Below, one piece after another: positions 40,891 to 51,009 of a stretch of 64,000 nucleotides of DNA. The stretch's first letter is position 1, and each line of letters begins with the position of its first letter. The notes under the pieces are model-generated. The model saw only the letters and a program-made list of their open reading frames with translations. It did not search any database and was not told the DNA's origin. The position numbers and the translations under genes were made by a program. This DNA comes from Candidatus Latescibacterota bacterium (lineage in GTDB: Bacteria > Latescibacterota > UBA2968 > GCA-2709665): contig OZ250150.1 of NCBI GenBank assembly GCA_965237675.1, positions 576,001 through 640,000 on the forward strand, given 5' to 3'.

Positions 40891-41133
40891 ATGGCTGAAA
40901 CAATGATTAATGAAGATGGGCACCTCCTCCTGCCCAAGGAAGTCCGGGAGTATCTACATCTGAATCCAGGGGACCGATTGAATCTTGTAATTCAAAACAA
41001 TGGAGATGTGGTTATAAAATCAAATTTGCGAGACGTTCGAGATTTGAAGGGAATTTTGCCCCCCACGTCAAAGCCGGTCTCTATTGCAGATATGAATCGG
41101 GCTATTCGGCTACGAGGTAGCAAGACACAATGA
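40891..41133 (+). CDS. vapB: AbrB/MazE-family antitoxin
   Basis: GHLLLPKEVREYLHLNPGDRL; overlaps the PIN gene. Confidence 0.85.
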   Translation: MAETMINEDGHLLLPKEVREYLHLNPGDRLNLVIQNNGDVVIKSNLRDVRDLKGILPPTSKPVSIADMNRAIRLRGSKTQ

Positions 41134-41516
41134 TGGGTCTGGATACCAACGTACTGGTTCGTTATCTCACGCAAGATGACACCGAACAGTCCAAAATCGC
41201 AACACGACAAATCGAAACGGATAACGAGTCCTTTTACATAACATCGACTGGCTTGTGCGAGCTTGTTTGGGTTCTGGAAACGGCCTATGACTATGACCGA
41301 TCGACAATTTCAGACACACTAAGGGTAATACTTCAAACACGTCAATTCGCATTTGACGATAAATTATCAATGGAGAAAGCGCTGGACGACTATCAACATA
41401 GTAAGGGTGATTTTTCAGATTACGTACTTGGCCACAAAAGCAAACTGGCCGGATGTGGTAAGACACTCACATTTGACCGAGCCTTGAAAAACCACGCGCT
41501 GTTCCGAATACTTTGA
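41130..41516 (+). CDS. vapC: PIN-domain toxin
   Basis: GLDTNVLVRY, ELVWVL, DFSD, TFD. Confidence 0.9.
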   Translation: MMGLDTNVLVRYLTQDDTEQSKIATRQIETDNESFYITSTGLCELVWVLETAYDYDRSTISDTLRVILQTRQFAFDDKLSMEKALDDYQHSKGDFSDYVLGHKSKLAGCGKTLTFDRALKNHALFRIL

Positions 41517-41668
41517 AAACCAGTCACCTGTTGAATCGCAATTTTCCACGGAATTCAAAGTGATTTAGACCCTCCTCCGGTACCGGATGTCCGTCAATCC
41601 CTAACCGCGGCGGAACTCTGTACCCTGTATGGCATCTGCTTGGACTCCGCCGGGTTCCAATCCGATCC

Positions 41669-42415
41669 TTAGATTTTTTCCAACATCGCCCGCCTCATCA
41701 CGGCCTCTACAATGCGGGGACACCACGTACCCAGGAAGGCCGCCGCCCGATTCTTGAAACCCGGGATGATAAGGCGTTTTTTCTTTTCGATTCCTCTAAA
41801 GACCGTCTCCGCCAACGCTTCGGGTGCCATGCGTTTTTCCTCTCGCGAATTGCCCGGGCTGTACCGACGGGCATGGGCGGTGCGTGTCGGACCCGAAAAG
41901 ACCGTCATGACGTGCATGTCCCATTGAGCAAGTGCGACCGAGAGACTTCGTGAATAGGAGGCCAGCCCGCTCTTGGTTGCCGCGTACGTCGCGGCCCCCG
42001 GATAACTTACGTAGTGGGAAAGAGAGGAGACAAAAACCAGGGACGCACCCCGGGCAATGCGGTTGGTCTTCAACAACCTCGCCGTCAACACCATGGGCGC
42101 GTAAAGGTTGACGGTGATCACGCGCTCCTGCAATTCCAGGCTCACTTCGGAAAACAGCCCGACGGCATTGATGCCGGCGTTGTGAATCAACACGTCGATC
42201 GTATCCATCGTGCCCAGTTGATCGTGAACTCCTGAAATGCCCACATCGGAACTCAAATCAGCAACGATAAACCGCGCCTCCAGTTCCCGCTCCAGATTGG
42301 CCGCATCCCTCGCATCCACGTCCACACCGGTTACGGAATATCACGCTCGTACGAATCTCCGGGTCAGCGCCTCGCCAATACCATTCGCCGCGCCGGTTAT
42401 CACCGCGTGTTTCAC
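41669..42415 (-). pseudogene. SDR oxidoreductase with an internal TGA
   Basis: VKHAVITGAANGIG...FVRA*YSVTGVD continues in the same frame to HNAG and YAATK; stop at 42341-42343. Confidence 0.8.
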
Positions 42416-43155
42416 CGCGCACTCCATCGCATCAGGGTATCGATCGCTCCGTCGCAATACCGCCCGCAGAACCGCAACCATTTGTTTCCCAATCCGATTG
42501 TCACCACAGACCTTCGTCCATCGATCGCACGCACAATCCGCCGGGCGACCCGATCCGCCGGCGGGAACACTCTCGAATTCTCGTTGTCCCATCCTGCCTT
42601 TCGATGAATGCCCGTTTGCGTCGCCCCCGGATGTATGACCTGGACGTCCACATCGCCCTCGACGCGCAAGTTGCGCCCCAGAACATTCAGCGCCTCCTTG
42701 GTTGCCGCATACACGGCAAAATCGGGACACGGAAACGCGTGAGCGATGGAGCCAATGAGCACGTGTTTGCCGCTTGCGTTTTTCACAAACGGTACCAAAG
42801 CGTGTGTCAGGCGTAACGGCGCCAGAAGATTGACGGCTACGATCTCTCGAATGCCGGCGTCGTGCTGATTGCCGACGGAACCGTAATATCCCGTTGCCGC
42901 GTTTTGAATCGCCAGATCCAATGCATCAATTTTCCGAAATCTCAGAAATGAGCACACCTTGTCCGCGCAATCCTCCTCCGACAGATCCACTTCACAATAG
43001 GTCTCTTCGCTGTAAAGCTTGCATTCGAGCGAATCCAGCGCCAGCCTGCCCACCAGCACCAGCCGTTCTTCACGCGCGCGATAGATTTCCGCAAGAGCCC
43101 GTCCAATTCCATCCGTTGCACCTGTGATCAATACGGTCTCTCTTTCCTTTGCCAT
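42412..43155 (-). CDS. SDR family oxidoreductase
   Basis: ITGATDGIG, QNAA, YAATK. Confidence 0.9.
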   Translation of the reverse strand: MAKERETVLITGATDGIGRALAEIYRAREERLVLVGRLALDSLECKLYSEETYCEVDLSEEDCADKVCSFLRFRKIDALDLAIQNAATGYYGSVGNQHDAGIREIVAVNLLAPLRLTHALVPFVKNASGKHVLIGSIAHAFPCPDFAVYAATKEALNVLGRNLRVEGDVDVQVIHPGATQTGIHRKAGWDNENSRVFPPADRVARRIVRAIDGRRSVVTIGLGNKWLRFCGRYCDGAIDTLMRWSAR

Positions 43156-43423
43156 GACATACATATCCTTCGTCGCGTCTGTCCCCGACACCCACGCCGC
43201 CCCCACTGGGGAGTTCGGGTGGATACGCACAGCACTGTATTGACCGTCCCATCCAGGGCTTGATCTGCGACGCGTCAGATCCTATCTTTCCTCGAGCCCT
43301 GGCTCACACAATGCCGGAGGCCAAAGACAATCTTCGCGAGTTGGCCGCCAAGCCCGATACCGTTGACATCTTGTCGGTAGCGGAAACCGGTATTTTACGG
43401 GAGGCGGCCGGAGAGACGAGACA

Positions 43424-44383
43424 ATGAATGATTCGCAGATGTTGACCGAAGGAGTGTCCGACGAGCGGGCATGGCGGACGAGTAGCATCGATGATTCCGC
43501 AGCGTGGTACTATCCGTTGTCCGAGGATTATCTCTCCAGCTCTGAGCGCATCGTCCGGGATGCGCGAGTTCGTCAATTGCCCATTACGGAGATTTCCCGC
43601 CAGGGCGTATCGTTCAATTACTCCGGAGAATGCCTTCAACCGGTACGTGACGCCCTCGGAGCGGGGCGTGGATTTGCCATCGTCAATCGCATGCCGATCG
43701 AAGGGTATGTGATTGAAGAAGCGCTGTCGATGTACTGGATGATTGGCGAGAACCTTGGCACCCCCGTGGAGCAGAATATTGAGGGAACGCTATTGTACGA
43801 TGTCCGAGATACGGGCAAGAATGTGGCGCAAGGAGCCAGGTTTTCAGTGACCAATGCTGAGAGCACGTTTCACAACGACAATGCCTTCGGCGAACCGCTG
43901 CCCGACATTGTGGGACTGCTCTGCCTGCGCACGGCGAAATCCGGCGGGCAGAGTCAGCTTGTCAGCGGCTACGCTCTCCACAATGAACTCCTCGAAAATT
44001 ACGCCGATGTCCTCGAAACACTCTATCAGCTGTTCCATTTTGATCGTCGAGGACAGTTCAAGGCCGGGGACTCGCCCACGTCTCAATTCCCGATTTTTCA
44101 GTGGAGCCGGGGCGAACTGACGCTCCGATACATGTACTATTACATCCAGGTGGGTCACGAGAGGGCCGGCAAACCGCTAACCGCCGATCAGAGAAGCGCA
44201 CTGGAAGTTGTGGAACAGTTGCTTGGCTGCGCGGATTTCAGGGTGGAGTTCAGTCTACAACCCGGACAGATGCTATTTACGAACAACCGCTGGCTACTGC
44301 ACAATCGTACCGCATTTGAGGACGATGCCGACCCTGCACGTCGGCGGCATTACGTGCGACTCTGGTTGCGGCACCAAGGCTGA
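43424..44383 (+). CDS. TauD/TfdA-family Fe(II)/2OG dioxygenase
   Basis: FHND facial motif; NNRWLLHNRTAF...RHYVRLWL. Confidence 0.9.
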   Translation: MNDSQMLTEGVSDERAWRTSSIDDSAAWYYPLSEDYLSSSERIVRDARVRQLPITEISRQGVSFNYSGECLQPVRDALGAGRGFAIVNRMPIEGYVIEEALSMYWMIGENLGTPVEQNIEGTLLYDVRDTGKNVAQGARFSVTNAESTFHNDNAFGEPLPDIVGLLCLRTAKSGGQSQLVSGYALHNELLENYADVLETLYQLFHFDRRGQFKAGDSPTSQFPIFQWSRGELTLRYMYYYIQVGHERAGKPLTADQRSALEVVEQLLGCADFRVEFSLQPGQMLFTNNRWLLHNRTAFEDDADPARRRHYVRLWLRHQG

Positions 44384-44441
44384 AGGATCGAAATCGCAAA
44401 AAACGGTCGCTCGTTTCTGCCGCGAATTCGCTGCTTTCGCA

Positions 44442-44634
44442 GTGTTCTGTCCCGGAAACAGATCGCCAAGATTCGGCCGACCAGAAGCAGCAAAAACAGC
44501 TGTCAGCTCTCAGCCGTCAGCTTGAATCAAAAACCCGATCAGTTGACGTCAGCGCCGTGAAGAGGCGGGACCAGAACGGGCGCAGTTAGACGGGATGAAT
44601 CGGCGGTTGAATGGTAACATATTCACGGGACGGG
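44442..44634. repeat. Repeat family A, degenerate copy with a different core
   Basis: GTGTTCTGTCCCGGAAACAGATCGCC...GACGGGATGAATCGGCGGTTGAATGGTAACATATTCACGGGACGGG. Confidence 0.8.
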
Positions 44635-44635
44635 T

Positions 44636-45091
44636 CTAATCCACGATCTCGTAGACGCCCGAATTGTTCATGTTCTCCCGCGTTTCCACCCTGTAGACCC
44701 AGCACCGCCCATCCGTCTTCTTGCGTATCATCTGATCAGCATAATCAAACACATATTTGGAGGAGGCCTCCATCCCCACGTTGGGTATCACGCGCAAATC
44801 CACAATCTCGCGGCGGTGCATCGCTTCGAACAACTCCCGCTCCGGGTCGTCTTCATTGATAAGCATCGTGTGGTCAAACATGTGCTCCAGCCAGACCTTC
44901 AGGTCCTTGAGCTTGCCAAAGTCAACCACAAAGTGATTCTCATCCAGTTCGTCGCACGTAAAATGAAACGTAATGTCCCGGTTGTATCCGTGGATAAACT
45001 TACAGTGCCCATCGTGATGCGCCTGTCGGTGTGAACAGGGCAGATTGTGAAATGTTTTGGTGGACGAAAACCGCCCTTTTCCGCTGGCCAT
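44636..45091 (-). CDS. queD: 6-carboxytetrahydropterin synthase (PTPS family)
   Basis: SHR...HCKFIHGY, VVDFG, FDHTML, VETRE. Confidence 0.85.
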   Translation of the reverse strand: MASGKGRFSSTKTFHNLPCSHRQAHHDGHCKFIHGYNRDITFHFTCDELDENHFVVDFGKLKDLKVWLEHMFDHTMLINEDDPERELFEAMHRREIVDLRVIPNVGMEASSKYVFDYADQMIRKKTDGRCWVYRVETRENMNNSGVYEIVD

Positions 45092-45197
45092 AAACCCGTC
45101 TCTCTTCCGTGTTGATTCCTGGCGTTCACCTTAGAAAATACGGATCTCACGGTCTCTGTCAAGGCTTCTGCACTGGAATAACACAAGGAGCGCCCCG

Positions 45198-46040
45198 ATG
45201 ATAATTGACACCCATACGCATTTCTACGATCCTCGACGCCCTGAAGGGGTGCCCTGGCCGCCGCCGGACGACACCCTGCTCTACCGCAGTGTGCTTCCTG
45301 AAGATTACAAGGCCGTGGCCGTTCCGGAGGGCGTGACCGGCACCGTCGTCGTGGAAGCCAGTGAGTGGCTTGAAGACAATCGCTGGATCCTCGATCTGGC
45401 CGAAAAGGAGCCCTTCATTGTAGGCTTCATTGGCAATCTCGACCCGGAATCAAGTGCCTTTGAAAAAAACCTTGCGAGTCTGGCAGGCAACCGGCTGTTC
45501 CGCGGGATCCGCCTCCACAGGAGCGAAGTTCAAACCGTCAGCGACTCACTGTTTTCCAAACTCGAGCTACTCGAGCGGAACGACCTCTCCCTCGACCTCC
45601 TCATCGACGTCGCGCAGCTTCACTCCGCGGTCCGTATTGCCGCCCGGCTACCAGACCTGCGCATTGTACTCAACCACGTTATCCATGTCCCCATAGACGG
45701 CAAGGCGCCGAACCCCGAATGGATCGATGGCCTGCACAATGTCGCACAGTATCCGAACATCTACTGCAAGGTCTCCGGCCTCGTCGAAACCGCCCGAGCG
45801 AGACCGGCGCCTCCCGAAGTGATCTATTACGCGCCGACCCTGGACCACCTCTGGGAAATCCTGGGCGTGGACCGCCTTATCTACGCCAGCAACTGGCCCG
45901 TGTGCGAACACGGCGCCGACTACGCCACGGTACAGCGCATCCCCATGGAATACTTCAAAGCCATTGGTGAAGAAGCGGTCGAAAAGGTTTTCTGGAAGAA
46001 CGCAAAAACAGCTTACAAGTGGCCCGACCGCAAACATTAG
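45198..46040 (+). CDS. Amidohydrolase family protein (sugar-lactonase-like)
   Basis: IIDTHTHF, VLNH, CKVSG, YASNWPV. Confidence 0.9.
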   Translation: MIIDTHTHFYDPRRPEGVPWPPPDDTLLYRSVLPEDYKAVAVPEGVTGTVVVEASEWLEDNRWILDLAEKEPFIVGFIGNLDPESSAFEKNLASLAGNRLFRGIRLHRSEVQTVSDSLFSKLELLERNDLSLDLLIDVAQLHSAVRIAARLPDLRIVLNHVIHVPIDGKAPNPEWIDGLHNVAQYPNIYCKVSGLVETARARPAPPEVIYYAPTLDHLWEILGVDRLIYASNWPVCEHGADYATVQRIPMEYFKAIGEEAVEKVFWKNAKTAYKWPDRKH

Positions 46041-46163
46041 CAATCCGCGAGGCGATCGAAACCTTCCGCCTCGACAATCACCTCGGGTTCGGAACCGACG
46101 CACCCGAGGACCGATTCCGCCAACCGGACGCTCCGAATCACGACGAACCTCTATTCACGTCCG

Positions 46164-46514
46164 TTACCGGTTAAGCATGGGCCCGAGCGGGCGGCCACCG
46201 ATCAGATGCATATGCAAGTGGTAGACCTCCTGACCACCATGGTCCCGGCAATTCACAATCAACCGGTACCCATCCTTGGCGATTCCTTCCTCTTCCGCAA
46301 GCCGCGCCGCCACCGTAAACAACCGGCCAAGCACAGCCTCATCCTCGGTCGATACATCGCACACGGTTGGAATCACCTTATTGGGTATGATTAAAATATG
46401 GGTCGGCGCCTGGGGGCTGATATCTCGAAACGCCGTCACCAGTTCATCCTGGTAGGTTATTTCCGACGGTATCTCCTTCCGGATAATCTTGCTGAAAATC
46501 GTCTCTTCCGCCAT
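46164..46514 (-). CDS. hinT: Histidine triad nucleotide-binding protein
   Basis: TIFSKII...[14 protein letters not shown]. Confidence 0.93.
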   Translation of the reverse strand: MAEETIFSKIIRKEIPSEITYQDELVTAFRDISPQAPTHILIIPNKVIPTVCDVSTEDEAVLGRLFTVAARLAEEEGIAKDGYRLIVNCRDHGGQEVYHLHMHLIGGRPLGPMLNR

Positions 46515-46624
46515 GGATTCTCCTTTCGGTAATCACGTCATTTTACTATCTTCTCTTGCCGCCGACTGCCCTCAACAAGAAAACATCCCGTCATTCGCAA
46601 ATCAAGCCCATCCTGATCTCAACC

Positions 46625-46906
46625 ATGAGAATGCACCGGAACATGCTGCAGCTCATCGACCGCCTTCTGGCCGGTACAACGAGATTCCTTCTGTGGATTT
46701 ATCGGTTGCTGGTCTCTCCTTTTTTCCAGATGGTTTTCGGCCCTGGCAGCGGGTGCCGGTTTCACCCCACCTGCTCCCGGTACGCCCGTGATTGCTTCCG
46801 GCAGCACCCCTTTCTGATCGCCCTCTTTCTATCTGTCTCGCGAATTCTCAAATGTCATCCCTACCATTCGGGCGGATATGATCCCGTCCCGCCACAAAGT
46901 CGTTAG
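46625..46906 (+). CDS. yidD: Membrane protein insertion efficiency factor
   Basis: CRFHPTCSRY...RILKCHPYHSGGYDPVP. Confidence 0.92.
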   Translation: MRMHRNMLQLIDRLLAGTTRFLLWIYRLLVSPFFQMVFGPGSGCRFHPTCSRYARDCFRQHPFLIALFLSVSRILKCHPYHSGGYDPVPPQSR

Positions 46907-46924
46907 TGTTCTGTCCCGACTCCT

Positions 46925-47710
46925 ATGATCGGAATCGCCCAGATCTATTGGAATGCCGACCCCGAAATTTTCCGCATCGGCCCCGTCGTCCTGCGCTGGT
47001 ACAGCCTGTGCTTTCTGGTCAGCTTCATCCTCGGCTTCTTCATTATGCGCCGTATGTTCGGGTTCGAGGGGAAATCCGCAAAAGACCTGGACAGCCTGGT
47101 AAACCACATGGTCCTCGGCACCCTCATTGGCGCGCGCCTGGGACACTGTCTGTTTTACGACCCTGTATTTTACCTCACAAACCCGATCGAAATCTTCAAA
47201 GTCTGGCGAGGCGGCCTCGCCAGCCACGGCGCCGCCGTCGGTATCTTTACCGCCCTCTATCTGTACGCCCGAAACCGGCCGGATCAATCCTATCTCTGGA
47301 TTCTCGACCGCATTGTTGTCACGGTTGCCCTTGGCGGATTCTTCATCCGTATTGGAAACCTGTTCAATTCCGAGATCTACGGCACGCCGACCGACCTGCC
47401 CTGGGCGATCGTTTTTTCTCAAGTAGACGCCGTGCCAAGGCATCCTGCGCAACTCTACGAGTCCATCGCCTACGGGCTGATCTTCCTCCTCCTTTATGCC
47501 GTCTATGCAAAACGGCGTGCCCGGACCCCGTCGGGGTCGCTTCTCGGCCTGTTCCTCGTTACCGTCTTCTCATTCCGGGTGGTCGTTGAATTCGTCAAAG
47601 TCCGCCAGGCCGCTTACGGCCACAGCCTCCCCCTCAGCGTGGGGCAATGGCTCAGTGTCCCCCTCATCATCCTTGGCATCATCCTGCTCGTAAACGCCTC
47701 CAGAAAATGA
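46925..47710 (+). CDS. lgt: Prolipoprotein diacylglyceryl transferase
   Basis: GARLGH, GGLASHG, RIGNLFNSEIYG, RHPAQLYE. Confidence 0.96.
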   Translation: MIGIAQIYWNADPEIFRIGPVVLRWYSLCFLVSFILGFFIMRRMFGFEGKSAKDLDSLVNHMVLGTLIGARLGHCLFYDPVFYLTNPIEIFKVWRGGLASHGAAVGIFTALYLYARNRPDQSYLWILDRIVVTVALGGFFIRIGNLFNSEIYGTPTDLPWAIVFSQVDAVPRHPAQLYESIAYGLIFLLLYAVYAKRRARTPSGSLLGLFLVTVFSFRVVVEFVKVRQAAYGHSLPLSVGQWLSVPLIILGIILLVNASRK

Positions 47711-47791
47711 AGGTTCGGCCGCGTCAAGATCCGTCATAACGGGAGCGACAAACACAGCTGTCCCCAATAAACCATAGAAAGGTGAGATCCC

Positions 47792-48547
47792 ATGAACGCG
47801 TATACAGCCATTGCCGGCTCGCTGCAGAAATCCCTGAACCTTGCCCTTCCACCCATTGCCGTCTGCATCTCGGACGAAGTGCCTGAGGGCGTACCGGACT
47901 ACCCTGATCGGGCGCCGGCCGGCTGTCTGTTCTGGCAGAAGGCTGAGAATGGCCCCTTCGCCACCCAGACCTCCCACCACGAACTGTGCGCCATCGGCGT
48001 ACACACACACCAAATGGCCGACCCTTCGCCATCATACGAAGCCGAACTGGGCGACGTCTTGAAGACCATGGCGGGGATGGATTACGTGCGCGAACAAGAC
48101 GTGATGGATATCCCGGTGCTCGAGAAGAAGACAAAGCACGTTATCTACGCCCCACTGGCCAAAACGCCCCTTGAACCGACCGTGGTCCTGCTCTTCGCGC
48201 ATTCACGGCAAAGCCTGATTATCACCGAGGCCGCCCAGCAGGTCGAACCGGCCGTGCCGCCAGCAATGGGCAGGCCCGCCTGCGCCGTGGTTCCCTACGT
48301 CGTCAACACGGGCCGGGCAGCACTCAGCCTGGGCTGCTGCGGCGCCAGGGCATACCTGGATGCCCTCACGGACGACGTCGCCGTGTGGGCCCTACCTGGC
48401 GACAGGGTCGGTACGTACGCTGAACGCATCGATATTCTCTCCAGAGCAAACACGGTCCTGGGTGAATTTCATTCGCTGCGTCGAAAAGACGTCGAAGCCG
48501 GACTTGAACCCACCATTGCGGAGTCCCTTTCGAGGCTCGGAAACTGA
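47792..48547 (+). CDS. DUF169 family protein
   Basis: CLFW, CAIG, PACA, SLGCCGAR. Confidence 0.75.
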   Translation: MNAYTAIAGSLQKSLNLALPPIAVCISDEVPEGVPDYPDRAPAGCLFWQKAENGPFATQTSHHELCAIGVHTHQMADPSPSYEAELGDVLKTMAGMDYVREQDVMDIPVLEKKTKHVIYAPLAKTPLEPTVVLLFAHSRQSLIITEAAQQVEPAVPPAMGRPACAVVPYVVNTGRAALSLGCCGARAYLDALTDDVAVWALPGDRVGTYAERIDILSRANTVLGEFHSLRRKDVEAGLEPTIAESLSRLGN

Positions 48548-48764
48548 CCGCGCGAGACACGGATAACGTCCGACCGAAAGACGCTTCGACGCCGTCGAAC
48601 GAGTCCCCGTTCAACGCACACCCGACGCGTTTCCAGCCGGGCGGATCAGCCCGCTGACGTTAACCGCCGGGTGCTCATCTTTCGCTTGAAACAGCACCAA
48701 TCCATGGTATATTGGGAAAAATTCATCAACTGAAGATTCAACTTCTCACCCTACGGAAATACCG

Positions 48765-49487
48765 ATGCGTGCCGCCACGAATGAAGAAACTCTGGACCTC
48801 CGTGAAAAAGGCAGACCCATCAACGGACAGGTACAGGCCAGCAACCGACGGCTTTACATGCAGTTGCACGTGTTTGGAAACTGCACGCGCACGGACGTCC
48901 TCGCCGAAGCACTCCGCGAATCCGGCATCGATGCCGTCCTGTACGTCGACCTGAACGATCCATCCGGCGTCGCCATTCTCACCATCTCCGAATCTCCAGG
49001 CACCTTCGTGGCGGGCCTTCGTACATTGCTCAACAACCACCCCTTCAATGAGCTTCGACGCGATCCCGACCTCACCATGATCGGTCGAACCTACGCCCAC
49101 GGCTACGAACCCGACGTCGAAGACACGCTGCTACACAAGCCACGCCGTAAGGTCCTCAACCCGGACTGGCCCTGGGCCGTCTGGTATCCTCTGAGACGCA
49201 AACCCGAATTCGGTCTGCTCTCGGGTGATGATCTACGCAAAATTCTCGGCGAACACGCCAGAATCGGACGCGCCTACGCCGAAGCCGGTTTCGCCCAGGA
49301 CATCCGCCTTGCCTGTTATGGCATGGACCGCAACGACAACGACTTCGTCATCGGCCTGCTCGGAACCGAATTGCATCCGCTCTCCCACGTTGTCCAGGAA
49401 ATGCGAAAGACCCGGCAGACCGCACAATACGTGCAATCTCTCGGACCGTTCTTCGTTGGTAAAGCCATCTGGCAAACTCCTTTGTAA
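48765..49487 (+). CDS. Chlorite dismutase family heme protein (HemQ/ChdC-like)
   Basis: WYPLRR, EHARIG, GMDRNDNDFVIG, EMRKT...GPFFVG. Confidence 0.85.
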   Translation: MRAATNEETLDLREKGRPINGQVQASNRRLYMQLHVFGNCTRTDVLAEALRESGIDAVLYVDLNDPSGVAILTISESPGTFVAGLRTLLNNHPFNELRRDPDLTMIGRTYAHGYEPDVEDTLLHKPRRKVLNPDWPWAVWYPLRRKPEFGLLSGDDLRKILGEHARIGRAYAEAGFAQDIRLACYGMDRNDNDFVIGLLGTELHPLSHVVQEMRKTRQTAQYVQSLGPFFVGKAIWQTPL

Positions 49488-49544
49488 AACCGGCGAAAAA
49501 CGTACGGGCGGACAACGAGGTCAATTCACCCACGTCAGGCTGAC

Positions 49545-50798
49545 ATGATTTGTAAAGTCGAAGTCCTGCGCTACCGCTGCCTGCGTTTCATCAGCCGACC
49601 GCTCGATACGTTCCACATTCTGGTTGGCCCGAATGCCAGCGGGAAAACCACCCTGCTGGATGCCATCGCGTTCCTCGGCGACCTCGTTTCCACCGGCCTG
49701 GAGGAGGCCGTGGAAAAACGCACTGCCGACCTGCGCGATCTGGTCTGGCGGCGGAATTTCGACCCGTTTGAACTCGCCATCGATCTGAGTATACCGGCGC
49801 AGAAGACAGACCTCTTCGAGAATCGGCAATACGATCGATGCCGGTACGAAATCGCCATTGGGCCGTCGACCGAAACAGGCGAGACCGCCATTCTCGCCGA
49901 ACGTGTTCTGCTTCTCCCCAACGTGTCCCACGAAGAACCCGCGTGCGAACAGCAGACACTCTTCCCAATCGACCGCCCCATGCCAAGCACGCTTGCCCTG
50001 CCCCGCCTCAGAGGCGCCAGAACCATCGTTCACAAAGTACACGGCAGCAACGACAACTTCTACTACGAAACCGGCACCGGATGGGATCACTCATTCAAGC
50101 TGGGTCCGAGGCGGTCCGCTCTGGCCAATTTGCCCGAAGACGAAACCCGTTATCCCGTTGCCACCTGGCTGAAAGGCGTACTCAACAACGGAATCCAGCG
50201 CCTGGTTCTAAACAGCGCCAGCATGCGACGTCCCAGCCCGCCCGGCCGTCCCACGGGGTTTCAGCCCGACGGTTCCAATCTTCCCTGGGTCATCTCTGCC
50301 CTGCAGACCGGAGCACCCGACCGATTCACGGCTTGGATCGCCTGCCTGCAATCCGTCCTCCCCGACCTGAGAACCATTCGCACAATCGAACGTCCTGAAG
50401 ATCGGCACTGTTATCTGGTCTTCCAGGATCGCAACGGCCTGGAAGCGCCTTCCTGGACAATTTCTGACGGCACGCTTCGCCTTCTTGCGCTTACGCTCCC
50501 GGCCTACCTGCCGGACTTTGCTGGCGCCTACCTCGTTGAAGAGCCCGAAAACGGTATACATCCACGGGCCATTGAAACGGTTTTTGGAGCGCTCTCGGCC
50601 ATAAGAAACGTCCAGGTTCTCCTAACCACGCACTCGCCCGTCATTTTGGGCCTGGCGGAAGGCAGTCAGGTCATCTGTTTCTCCAAAACCGAAACCGGCG
50701 CCACGGACCTGGTCCTCAGCACCGAAAATCCCGCGCTTCGCGAGTGGCAGGGCGAAACCGATCTGGGCTCCCTGTTTGTCGAAGGTGTGCTGGGATAG
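49545..50798 (+). CDS. AAA_21/ABC-type ATPase (resembles the MADS defence ATPase Mad8)
   Basis: GPNASGKT, ISDGTLRLLAL, EEPENGIHP, TTHSP. Confidence 0.85.
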   Translation: MICKVEVLRYRCLRFISRPLDTFHILVGPNASGKTTLLDAIAFLGDLVSTGLEEAVEKRTADLRDLVWRRNFDPFELAIDLSIPAQKTDLFENRQYDRCRYEIAIGPSTETGETAILAERVLLLPNVSHEEPACEQQTLFPIDRPMPSTLALPRLRGARTIVHKVHGSNDNFYYETGTGWDHSFKLGPRRSALANLPEDETRYPVATWLKGVLNNGIQRLVLNSASMRRPSPPGRPTGFQPDGSNLPWVISALQTGAPDRFTAWIACLQSVLPDLRTIRTIERPEDRHCYLVFQDRNGLEAPSWTISDGTLRLLALTLPAYLPDFAGAYLVEEPENGIHPRAIETVFGALSAIRNVQVLLTTHSPVILGLAEGSQVICFSKTETGATDLVLSTENPALREWQGETDLGSLFVEGVLG

Positions 50799-51009
50799 AA
50801 CCGTAAACGACGGAAATGAAGTTGCGGTACGCCGGAAATCCGGAAATTTTGAGATCGTGAATCGGCCGGCGTAACCGCCGACGCCGCACGGAAGACTCCG
50901 GGAGGACCATCGACGACCCGCCCGCCCGGGCGAATTATCTTCATCGCCCGGGCTATTGTTTTCAGGTCACATCAGTTTCCGATTTCGAGCGCATTCGAGG
51001 ACATACGCC

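Noticed and set aside
42341-42343. TGA recoding (Gly, Trp or Sec) suggested by in-frame TGAs here and at 15654
   Set aside because: Many intact genes in the window end in TGA, the two sites imply different amino acids, and no SECIS-like context is evident. Point mutation or error is simpler.
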